64,000 bases of DNA from Pseudomonadota bacterium (GTDB lineage: Bacteria > Pseudomonadota > Alphaproteobacteria > Rhodobacterales > Rhodobacteraceae). Shown here piece after piece: positions 51,501 to 59,436 of the stretch. Each line of letters opens with the position of its first letter. Position 1 is the stretch's first letter. The translations under genes were made by a program, and so were the position numbers. The stretch covers positions 1,183 through 65,182 of the forward strand of contig JBCCIK010000002.1 of NCBI GenBank assembly GCA_039028255.1. Direction: 5' to 3'. The notes beneath the pieces were generated by a model that searched no databases, had not been told where the DNA came from, and saw only the letters and a list, made by a program, of their open reading frames with translations.

Positions 51501-53871
51501 CAAATCGAACCGCACTGCGCAGATGCATGGCCCAATAGGCCGGATCGGTGGCCGCCGTCGCGGTCAGGATATCTCCTGTCAGGTTTGAATAGATGTCTAT
51601 CGCAGGTCCGCGCAGTCGCACATCGCGGAAGGCGTCGATAAACTCGTCAAGAACCGGGTCCATCATCGCCGAGTGGAAGGCGTGCGAAGTGTGCAACATC
51701 GTCGGTTTGATCTTTTGGTTCTCAAGGCGTTTCGCAAGCCTTTTGATGGCTGCTGTGGGACCGGCCACAACCGTCATGCCGGGCGCGTTGACAGCGGCAA
51801 CGGCGATTTGGTCAGGCAACATGGATCGGATGTGACTTTCGTCCTTGGGTATGGCCAGCATCGATCCGGGTTTGCAGGATGCCATCAATGCACCGCGCCG
51901 CGCCACCAGACGGGTTGCATCCTTCAGGGTCATCACCCCGGCCAGCGCTGCGGCGGCGTATTCACCGATACTGTGGCCGATCATGGCACGTGGCCGGACA
52001 CCCCAGGACATCCACAATTGGGCCAGAGCGTACTCGATGGCAAAAAGAGCAGGTTGCGTGAACTGTGTCTGCCGCAACGTATCCGCGGCACGCTTGCTGT
52101 CCGTATCTCTGGCAAAGACAATCGGTTTCGGGTCCAGTCCGGTCTGGTCCCGGAAGGCGCGGCAGCACCGGTCAAAGGACTTGCGGAACACCGGCTCTGA
52201 TGCATACAGCCCTTTGCCCATATTCGGGTATTGTGCGCCCTGGCCCGAGAACATGAACACAACTGGGCGGTTTTCCCCGCTGGACTGGATTGTGCGCACT
52301 TTTGCGGCGTTGTGTGCCAAAAGCGCCAGCGCGCTGCCTGCCGGGTTGTTGCCATCAAGACGGACATACCGGCGATGGCTGAACAGGGCGCGGCTTGTTT
52401 GCGCGGTGTAGGCGATGTCGGCCAGTTCCGACGGGGCCGCGCACATGATGCGCCGCGCCTGAGCCACAGCCAACCGGTTCAGTGCGGCCTCGCTGCGGGC
52501 CGACATGACCAGCAGTTGCGCTTTGCGCGTGGACCGTTGTGCAACCTGCTGCGGAGGTTCCTCCAACAGAACATGCGCGTTGGTCCCGCCCACACCGAAC
52601 GAGCTGACCGCCGCCCGGCGCGGTCCTGCGCCGTTGGCCATTCTGGTTGCGTCGCGATTTACAAAGAACGGGCTGGCGGGGAAATCGATGCCCGGCGCAG
52701 GGACATTGAAATGCGGGTTCGGAGGGACGTCGCCGGTTTCAGTCACAAGCGCGGCCTTGATCAGACCTGTGACACCGGCCGCGCAACTCAGGTGGCCCAC
52801 ATTGGCCTTGACCGAGCCGATGGCGCAGAACTGACGATCATCCGTGTGCTTGCGAAAAACCCGCGACAAGGCCGATATCTCGATCGGATCGCCCAGCATC
52901 GTTGCGGTGCCGTGGGCCTCGACATAGCCTACCGAACGAGGTGAAATACCAGCCATGTCAAATGCCGTTTCAATTGCGCGTGCCTGCCCGACAGCGCTGG
53001 GCGCGGCATAGCTGACTTTGTTCGATCCGTCATTGTTGTGTCCAAACCCGCGGATCACTGCGCGGATCCGGTCGCCATCCCGGATCGCCCGGTCCAGCCG
53101 TTTGAGTACGACAAGGCCAACGCCGCTGCCAACGATTGTGCCTTGCGCAGCGGCATCGAACGGCCGGCAATGCCCGTCCGGAGACAGAATTCCACCTGCG
53201 GCAAACAGATAGCCGCGCCTTTGCGGAACCTTGACGGTGACGCCCCCGGCCAGCGCAATGTCGCAGCTGTTTTCCAGCAGGCTTTGACAGGCCAGACAGG
53301 TTGCAACCAAGGAGGTCGAACACGACGTTTGAACCGTGATCGCGGGCCCGGTCAGGTTCAGCTTATACGCGACCTGCGTTGCCATGTAGTCCTTGTCATT
53401 TGTAATCATCAACTGCATCCCGTCCATAAACCCGAGACGGTCCAGATTGCGGTTGATCAGATACAAATAGCCCGACAGTTCGCAGCCGCCGAACACGCCA
53501 ATGTCGCCTTTGTACTGATCCGGGACATAGCCGGCATCCTCAAGACTGTGCCAGGCGCATTCCAGAAACAAACGGTGCTGCGTATCGGTCAATTCCGCAT
53601 CGCGGGGGCTGAAACCGAAAAACTCGGCATCGAACTTGTCGACATCGTCCAGAAGCGTCGCCTTGTTGACGTAGTTTGGCAGTGCGTGCAGCTCTCTGGG
53701 AACCTGGGCGCCTTCCATCTGCTCGGGCGTCAGGGCGGTGACCGCGTCGCGTCCCGCCATCAGATTTTGCCACAGCGCATCGACGCTGTCTGCACCGGGA
53801 AAGCGCCCTTGCATCCCGATAATGGCGACGGATTCATTATCCGGCGCGACAGATATCCTTTGAGTGTTCAT
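48580..53871 (-). CDS. Single-module type I polyketide synthase KS-AT-KR-ACP-methyltransferase
   Basis: KS TSCSTS/EAHGT/NVGHL; AT GHSIG and HAFHS (malonyl); KR GGLGNIG, PK, SS, YAAAN; ACP ELGGHSL; SAM-MT LDVGCGRGG, GDAEDLPF, RVLKPGG; no DH or ER. Confidence 0.96.
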   Translation of the reverse strand: MNTQRISVAPDNESVAIIGMQGRFPGADSVDALWQNLMAGRDAVTALTPEQMEGAQVPRELHALPNYVNKATLLDDVDKFDAEFFGFSPRDAELTDTQHRLFLECAWHSLEDAGYVPDQYKGDIGVFGGCELSGYLYLINRNLDRLGFMDGMQLMITNDKDYMATQVAYKLNLTGPAITVQTSCSTSLVATCLACQSLLENSCDIALAGGVTVKVPQRRGYLFAAGGILSPDGHCRPFDAAAQGTIVGSGVGLVVLKRLDRAIRDGDRIRAVIRGFGHNNDGSNKVSYAAPSAVGQARAIETAFDMAGISPRSVGYVEAHGTATMLGDPIEISALSRVFRKHTDDRQFCAIGSVKANVGHLSCAAGVTGLIKAALVTETGDVPPNPHFNVPAPGIDFPASPFFVNRDATRMANGAGPRRAAVSSFGVGGTNAHVLLEEPPQQVAQRSTRKAQLLVMSARSEAALNRLAVAQARRIMCAAPSELADIAYTAQTSRALFSHRRYVRLDGNNPAGSALALLAHNAAKVRTIQSSGENRPVVFMFSGQGAQYPNMGKGLYASEPVFRKSFDRCCRAFRDQTGLDPKPIVFARDTDSKRAADTLRQTQFTQPALFAIEYALAQLWMSWGVRPRAMIGHSIGEYAAAALAGVMTLKDATRLVARRGALMASCKPGSMLAIPKDESHIRSMLPDQIAVAAVNAPGMTVVAGPTAAIKRLAKRLENQKIKPTMLHTSHAFHSAMMDPVLDEFIDAFRDVRLRGPAIDIYSNLTGDILTATAATDPAYWAMHLRSAVRFADCVQRSTALKDAIWLEVGPGRSLTNLAGLQLSAGNHVALPSMDSKSPTADEAGLVTDALGQLWAHGGDIDWDMHHSGQARRKVPIPLYPFERDSYWVGGAEDPSVTAAASRKAMIDWGYVPEWTPAALSDLTDLSQDARVLILSDKSAAASVLHKLLANTGTRAVGVTCASRFAHRKSGSFSLDPDKPGHMKKLSAALRDDGGPVTHVINLWPLMPGDATRHARAIQQAALAVAKANGLAKFRMITVTAQAQAGRSDGTRSVDSSATLALAKVLGQEVPSLRVTTVDIAGSDQTAENGGRLADWLLAELRASVYVPSVAYINGRRHALGYRAQPLHPVESTSLFKQKGVYVITGGLGNIGLAMAEMLADRFAARLVLISRRPVPSKSDWSTLANGQNEFDPMAILARRLLDLNRKAEIEVLTADVTDVSTLKRALSQVHDTFGGLNGVFHMAGNVSTGFGKLGELSATDLSAQLDPKIGGCQALADALQDHKPDFVMLGSSLSAVLGGLNLGYYAAANQMLDSFAASEPDRIRWITVNWDQWAFGDQAPNENAISPADGVEALIRLSALNANQIVISTTPLHTRLAEWVAFTAEPKAQASTTATHNRPNLANPFKAPSTDMETVLAKIWEELLGVSPIGIHDKFFELGGHSLLAIEMTTRIADRFGYTPEVGQIFDTPTIAGLAPLIHANIGQDQSAASPASADPHPKATDPDLMLEGAKKSFQDMYDGVTKQLDATAYGTFAHFLNYGYTPNGAPETSHIELDEKMMNRNSVKLALEVIGTFAVGGKDILDVGCGRGGTARTLVEFFDPASVTGLDLSGAAIAFCHKTHRDPRMTFVQGDAEDLPFDDAQFDAVTNIESSHTYPAIQRFYASVMRVLKPGGAFLYTDLLPLGKLNQCLEMLKTLGFVIEDERDITANVLLSCDEIAASRLGAFGEDQEMSNFLAAPGSAVYESMRSGEWSYRIWRLVRPPN

Positions 53872-54619
53872 TCAGACGGTCATCAACATAGTCAAAAAGA
53901 GAGTCGGCAAAATCCGGGTTGGAATAGGGAAAGAAATGATCGCCCGAAAAAAGGCGGCATTCGAAACGGGCGCGGGTGCGGTGCCGCCAGCCAAGAATGC
54001 TTTGGAACGGAACCTGCGGATCGTCATCCGACCCAAGCGCCAGAATAGGGGTGAACAAAGGCGCATGATGCTCAGCGCCGGCCGCATCATATGTTTCAAG
54101 CAGGGCGAAATCGGCGCGCAACGCGGGCATGATCCGGTCCATCAGACTTTCATTGCCCAATACCTCGGGCGGAGTGCCATTTATGACCGCAAGCTCGCGC
54201 AGGAAATCGCGGCGCGGCAGATCTGAAATCGCACTCCGGCGGGCGGCCATCTGCGGGGCAGGGCCTGCAACTGCAAGAAGCTGGGCATGACGGTCCTGCT
54301 CTGACAGGGCTCGGGCCGTTTCATAGGCGACAAGCGCACCAAAGCTATGCCCGAAAAGCGCAAAGGGGCGGTCTGTCAAAGGCATCAATCTGGTTACAAT
54401 CGACTCGATTAGATCGGGCCATGATCTCATTGGTGGCTGATTCAGCAAAGCACCACGCCCCGGCAGGTTCAGCGCTCGAACATCCAGAACCGGCGCAAAT
54501 CCGCTCATCCAGTCCTGAAAGCGTTCGCCAGCGCCGCCAGCATGCGGAAAACAGAACAACCGTCCTGTCAGTCCGACATGGGTAGCCTCATGCGGAGTCA
54601 ATGCGATTTCAACACTCAC
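53837..54619 (-). CDS. Type II thioesterase
   Basis: LFCFPHAGG, LPGRG, FGHSFG, LRADF...ETY, GDHFF; GTG start after GAGG; 3' end overlaps the PKS start. Confidence 0.93.
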   Translation of the reverse strand: MSVEIALTPHEATHVGLTGRLFCFPHAGGAGERFQDWMSGFAPVLDVRALNLPGRGALLNQPPMRSWPDLIESIVTRLMPLTDRPFALFGHSFGALVAYETARALSEQDRHAQLLAVAGPAPQMAARRSAISDLPRRDFLRELAVINGTPPEVLGNESLMDRIMPALRADFALLETYDAAGAEHHAPLFTPILALGSDDDPQVPFQSILGWRHRTRARFECRLFSGDHFFPYSNPDFADSLFDYVDDRLNEHSKDICRAG

Positions 54620-54856
54620 AGCGTGTGTCACCTCTGACAAAACACCGGAAAACACGCGGTGTTCAGGTCCACAGATCAGCCTCCACCATAACACGAATCC
54701 GGGTTTTTGGCGTGTCTGCGATGTTCGATAGGCCAATCAAGGTGAATTTATCGCGAAAATATGCTAGTGTTTATCCAGTTTTTGCACGTTTTTCGTGTTC
54801 ATGTTTTTTGTCGTGCGGGCTCAGTGTACTGCACTCACATACATTCGGAGGTTGCG

Positions 54857-55453
54857 ATGCCAGGCGGCGGAGGCAAAGGCGGCGCGAGCAGAAGCACCGT
54901 AAACGTCAATAATGGTCCGATCACGATAGATTCTGACACCGATGCGGATGTCACGATAAACGGTCTGGACGATATCGGTGTGACACTGAATGGCGGTGCC
55001 GATCCGATCAAGACCGAGACCAAGCTGGAAGGCGGCGACCCGATCAAGACTGAAACCAAGCTGGAGGGCGGAGACCCTATCAAGACCGAAAGCCTACAGG
55101 ATCTGAAGATTTCGGAACCCATCGTCACCGAAAACACCAGTGACCTGACGCTTGAGATCAAACCGCTGTCAATCGACGTGAAACCGGTGGCGTTGGATCT
55201 TTGCACAACGGTGAATTACGGTAAATTGCCGACAGGGATCATACGCCAGCCTTATCATCATCACATTGGTATGACTTACATGGGCGTCGAATATTTCGGC
55301 GTCACCTATAGCGGCGAAAGCAAGCAGGTCTACGAAGAACTGCCGTTCAGGCCGTCGGTGCATTTGCCGACACAAAGCACGGCCCCGTCGTCGGGCCAGG
55401 CTGCGGAAACACCCGCATCATCATCGGGTGGCGTGAAAATTCACATCAAATAG
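54857..55453 (+). CDS. Hypothetical protein with DPIKTETKLEGG tandem repeats
   Basis: GGAGG RBS before ATG 54857; Gly-rich start; first gene of a tight 3-gene unit. Confidence 0.85.
   Translation: MPGGGGKGGASRSTVNVNNGPITIDSDTDADVTINGLDDIGVTLNGGADPIKTETKLEGGDPIKTETKLEGGDPIKTESLQDLKISEPIVTENTSDLTLEIKPLSIDVKPVALDLCTTVNYGKLPTGIIRQPYHHHIGMTYMGVEYFGVTYSGESKQVYEELPFRPSVHLPTQSTAPSSGQAAETPASSSGGVKIHIK
55001..55093 (+). repeat. 36-bp in-frame tandem repeat (2 full units + 1 partial)
   Basis: Units at 55001-55036, 55037-55072 and partial 55073-55093, encoding DPIKTETKLEGG. Confidence 0.92.
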
Positions 55454-55462
55454 GGGTGGCGC

Positions 55463-56248
55463 ATGGCGACGGCAGCAAAGAAAAAGACCTCGGATGTTTC
55501 ACTTGTTGAACCGCTTGTGCTGGTGGGTACGCCGGATGCGGTGCGCGGGACACTGAGGCTTGCCAATGCGGGTGCAGACCGCAAGTCGCTGCGCGATCTG
55601 CGGTTGACCGAGGTGCCGCCAAAAGCCCGACGGGGAAAGGCAGCGGCGGCCAAAAAGGATGACGGTCTGGCGGTCGATCTTCCACGTGTCAAGCTGCGGG
55701 CCGGTGCCAGCAAGGCGATCCCGGTGACGGTTGCCCTGAACCCGGCAACGCCGCCCGGCGTTTACGCGATGTCCTTGCCCGTAGACGGCGCAGAGCATCC
55801 TGCTCAGGTCATTGTGACCGAAGTTGTCGATCTGGAAATCACCCCGGATGACCTTTTTCTGGTTGGTAAGAAATCAGCCAAGATCGAAAAGCTGATTGTT
55901 TTGCGCAATCTTGGAAACGTGCCGGTCGACATTCCGGCTGTTGGTGCGGTGCAACTTGATCTGGATGACCTGCATTGCCGGGCCCAGCGGGCGACACTCA
56001 AAACCCTCAAGGATACAGATCGTACACTGGATGACGTGATGCGCGCCATGTCGTTGAGTTATGAATCCGAACTGGAAAGTTTTGCGCCGCTCAAGGTAAC
56101 AAACGAACCTGTCACGCTTGAGGCAGGGCAGACTGTCTCGCAAACCTGGACGTTCCAGATACCCGGAAAGATTCCGCTGGGTGTCGAAGCAACCGCATTC
56201 ATCCGGGTTTTGTCAGAAACAGTGACGGTGCGCATTCTGGCGGTCTGA
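55463..56248 (+). CDS. Hypothetical protein with two Ig-like beta-sandwich domains
   Basis: RBS; LRLAN...LRAGASKAIPVTV.L...TPPGVY; LRNLGNVP...VTLEAGQTVS; no signal peptide. Confidence 0.82.
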   Translation: MATAAKKKTSDVSLVEPLVLVGTPDAVRGTLRLANAGADRKSLRDLRLTEVPPKARRGKAAAAKKDDGLAVDLPRVKLRAGASKAIPVTVALNPATPPGVYAMSLPVDGAEHPAQVIVTEVVDLEITPDDLFLVGKKSAKIEKLIVLRNLGNVPVDIPAVGAVQLDLDDLHCRAQRATLKTLKDTDRTLDDVMRAMSLSYESELESFAPLKVTNEPVTLEAGQTVSQTWTFQIPGKIPLGVEATAFIRVLSETVTVRILAV

Positions 56249-56280
56249 GGCGCCGGTGTCCGCGATTAGGAGACGAAGAA

Positions 56281-56976
56281 ATGCAAAAAACAATTTCAAA
56301 TCAAGGCGATTACGGTCGCAAGCCCGAAGTGTTTTATGGATATTGCTACCGCATTCAAGGCATGCGGATGATGAATGTCGACGATTATCTGGACAACCTC
56401 AAGGAAGGGTATAGCCAGATTCAGGCCTATTCCCTCGGGATTTACAGGGCGCCGGCCACTTATCGACACGGGACATCGCATGATTGTGGCTGCGGTGACG
56501 ACAAACATGATTATGACAGCTGTTGCGACTGTTGTATTTGCGATGGCGATGTTCTGATCGAGGCGCGCTGCTCGGAACGACGGATTGTTTCGCTGACATT
56601 TTCCAATGACGGACGCCGCAAGCGCGACGTTACGTTGTCGCTCAGTAGCTTTACAACCGCCAGCGGGCGGGATCTGGGATGGACCGCGTCACTGTCGGAA
56701 ACCAAGTTCCAACTTGGACCATGCGAAGAAAAGGTGGTTCAACTGGTGGTCAACATCAATTGCTCGGCATTTAACACAGGCGACAATGGCTCAACCGCAT
56801 CTGCCGGTAGTGACGATGCAGGAAATCCGCGCCGTCAGGACGTGGATCGATGCGAAGTCGCTTATGCCCGCGTCAGCGCCGATGGATGTATTTCCCGCCC
56901 CGTTGTTGTGGCGGTGGCCGTCCTGCCGAACACGTGCGACAGCCACGTCTCGTCGTGCAATTGCGCTTGTTGTTGA
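56281..56976 (+). CDS. Cysteine-rich hypothetical protein with Ig-like core
   Basis: AGGAG RBS; 18 Cys in 231 aa; CGC..CCDCCIC and terminal CNCACC. Confidence 0.85.
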   Translation: MQKTISNQGDYGRKPEVFYGYCYRIQGMRMMNVDDYLDNLKEGYSQIQAYSLGIYRAPATYRHGTSHDCGCGDDKHDYDSCCDCCICDGDVLIEARCSERRIVSLTFSNDGRRKRDVTLSLSSFTTASGRDLGWTASLSETKFQLGPCEEKVVQLVVNINCSAFNTGDNGSTASAGSDDAGNPRRQDVDRCEVAYARVSADGCISRPVVVAVAVLPNTCDSHVSSCNCACC

Positions 56977-57025
56977 TCGGACGGGTTGTTCTGGCTGACT
57001 GTTTGACTGACCGCCCGGAACAGGG

Positions 57026-57712
57026 TTAGCGACCCAGGGCAACGTTCAATCTGGCAGAGCTGCAAAAACACCGTTTGGCATATTCCACCTTGCGGATTGA
57101 TCCGGCATCCAGCCCCACGGCCTTGCCGCAGTCCTCTTTGGCTGCACCCGCCATCTGGAACGCCGGTCCGTTCTGGCCGGAGTTGGTCAGCAATTGATAT
57201 TGCGTCACTGCCGTTTGCAGGCGCGTGTTCAAATCCTGCTGTAATTCGTTGCCCACAGCGGCCTGTGTCAGTTGAACATCGCGGTAACTGCGGCAGGCTG
57301 CCAGGATCTCGGCCAGGCCAACCGTAACTCTGCGATTGCGACGGTCGGCTGTGGTGACGGCGACCAGCAGATCCGTCTTTCCACGGCTGGAAACAGTACC
57401 GATCCGGTCGACCGGCACACCCGCCGCGATCAGAGCCTGCGCCACTGTATTGGCGCGCCTTTGTCCGAGGCTTTGATTGTAACCTGTCGATCCAACCGCG
57501 TCCGTGTACCCGACCACAACGGTGGGCTTATAGCTGTCCACGGCTTTCAGTCGCGCCGCAATCTCGCTTACCTGCTGGCGACCGCCCGCATCCAACTGGT
57601 CAGAGTCAAAGTTGAAATTGACCGTCCCGAAAGTGTCGGCACGTACTGTGACAGAACCCATACACAGGAGTATGAGTAGAACGGCGCGAACCAATCCCAA
57701 GCGGCGCAGCAT
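57026..57712 (-). CDS. OmpA family protein with Cys-containing C-terminal extension
   Basis: Signal peptide; VNFNFDS..L, VGYTDAVGSTGYN.SLGQRRA..V, NRRV; GAGG RBS. Confidence 0.88.
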   Translation of the reverse strand: MLRRLGLVRAVLLILLCMGSVTVRADTFGTVNFNFDSDQLDAGGRQQVSEIAARLKAVDSYKPTVVVGYTDAVGSTGYNQSLGQRRANTVAQALIAAGVPVDRIGTVSSRGKTDLLVAVTTADRRNRRVTVGLAEILAACRSYRDVQLTQAAVGNELQQDLNTRLQTAVTQYQLLTNSGQNGPAFQMAGAAKEDCGKAVGLDAGSIRKVEYAKRCFCSSARLNVALGR

Positions 57713-57871
57713 GTTGACCTCATTCACAAATTAACACATTCTGATAATATGAGAGTTATCAACTTAAACGATTTTCAGCTCTCACAAAAGTGCATGTTCG
57801 AAATATCGGCCGCCTGAGGTCAGAAAACCGGCCGTGCACAAATGACGGCACTGTAGCACAGGGAAATTGGC

Positions 57872-59323
57872 GTGTTGCATTCTTCGGTAAGAAAACTGGC
57901 GAAGTTGGGACACGGCCCGCTTGTGCGCGGCGTTCTTGTGATTGGGATAACAGCAGTTGCGTCAGCCAGGGCCGTGTTGGCGCTGTCCGTCGAGGATGCC
58001 ATTCTGTTTGTGCTCGAAACCAACCCCGAGATCACGGCAGCGGAATCCAACAAACAAGCCATCGAGTTCGAATTGCAGCAGGCGCGCAGTTTCTGGGCCC
58101 CCCGGTTCGAACTGGACGCGTTTGCGGGGGGCAGTGTGAACGACGGAACAACGACGCCGGATCTGTCGGCGGCGGACGGGTGGATCGGCGGGTATGAATT
58201 CGGTGCGCGCATGTCGCAACTGTTGTTTGACGCAGGCGAAACCCGGTCCGAAATCGAGCGTCAGGCTTATCGGATCGACGCGGCTGCGCTGCGGGTACTG
58301 GAACGGTCCGAGGTTTTGTCGCTGGAGGCGATCCGCCTGTATGCGGATGTCCTGCGGGTCCAGTCCTTGGTGCGTCTTGCGCGTCAGAACCGGGACTATC
58401 ATGTGGATGTCCTGCAACGCATTCAGCGCGGATATGACAGCGGTGTGGTTGGAATCGGTGATCTTCAGCAGGCCGAGGAACGGCTGATACTGGCAGAGGA
58501 CACAATTATCTCGTTCGAATTCGATCTTGAGGACGTCAAAAACCTGTTCATTGCCGTGGTCGGTGTCGACGCGGTGGGGCTGACCGGCGTGCCCGATATC
58601 CGCAGCGCGCTGCCGTCCGGTCTGGATGCAGCATTGGAGATCGCACGTCGCACCAACCCCACCATCCGGTTTCTACAGGCCGATGTTGGCTCTGCCGAGG
58701 CGCTGTCGCGCCGTGCTGATGCCAACGCATACCCGAAACTGTTCCTCGAAGCGGATGGTCGGTTGGGCGAGGATGTCGGCGGCTATGAAGGCGATGTGGC
58801 CGATGCCCGTATCGGTCTGGTCATGCGTTACCAGTTTCAGGGCAGTTCAAAGCGTGCGGCGCGTCAGGAAGAGGTGCGTCGCGTCAGTGAAAGCCGCGCC
58901 CGGCTGCTGGCACAGACCCGCAATGTCGAAAATGAGGTTCGGCAAAGTTATGCGATTTACAGAACGGCTCAGCGGCGCACCAAAAAAATCAGCGCACAGG
59001 TGAGTATTGCAGAAAAACTGCGCGACACGTATGAACAGGAGTTTACCGTTGGTCAGCGGTCCCTGCTGGATGTTCTGAACACCCAAAACGCGTTGTTTCA
59101 GGCTCAGGCCAACCTTGTGAACGCTACATCTGCCGAAAATTACGTACGTTACCGGATCCTCGCTTCGATCGGCATTCTTCTCAAATCGCTGGGTATCGCA
59201 CCCCCCGAGGATTCCCGGGCTTATGCTCGGGATGAAATGAATGTCACCCCGCTCAGCCAAAGCGGAGGTGAGGATCGTCTGGATGCAAGAGCTTTCAAGG
59301 ATTGGCGGAAATCGCTGGACTGA
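57872..59323 (+). CDS. TolC family T1SS outer-membrane protein (LapE-like)
   Basis: TNPEI, QLLFDAG, F.VGQRSLLDVLN.QN.LF, YRILAS.G.LL..LG. Confidence 0.9.
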   Translation: MLHSSVRKLAKLGHGPLVRGVLVIGITAVASARAVLALSVEDAILFVLETNPEITAAESNKQAIEFELQQARSFWAPRFELDAFAGGSVNDGTTTPDLSAADGWIGGYEFGARMSQLLFDAGETRSEIERQAYRIDAAALRVLERSEVLSLEAIRLYADVLRVQSLVRLARQNRDYHVDVLQRIQRGYDSGVVGIGDLQQAEERLILAEDTIISFEFDLEDVKNLFIAVVGVDAVGLTGVPDIRSALPSGLDAALEIARRTNPTIRFLQADVGSAEALSRRADANAYPKLFLEADGRLGEDVGGYEGDVADARIGLVMRYQFQGSSKRAARQEEVRRVSESRARLLAQTRNVENEVRQSYAIYRTAQRRTKKISAQVSIAEKLRDTYEQEFTVGQRSLLDVLNTQNALFQAQANLVNATSAENYVRYRILASIGILLKSLGIAPPEDSRAYARDEMNVTPLSQSGGEDRLDARAFKDWRKSLD

Positions 59324-59436
59324 CCCAGGGCGCCGCCTGAAACGGAGAGACAGAGATCACCACTGACGAGACCCCCCGAACCTCTGCGCGCGTACGTATT
59401 TCCCCGCGTGTCGTCTCTGGCGGAAACGCCGGCGAT

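Noticed and set aside
55001-55093. 36-bp repeats as a CRISPR array
   Set aside because: No spacers, in-frame, synonymous variation, no cas genes.
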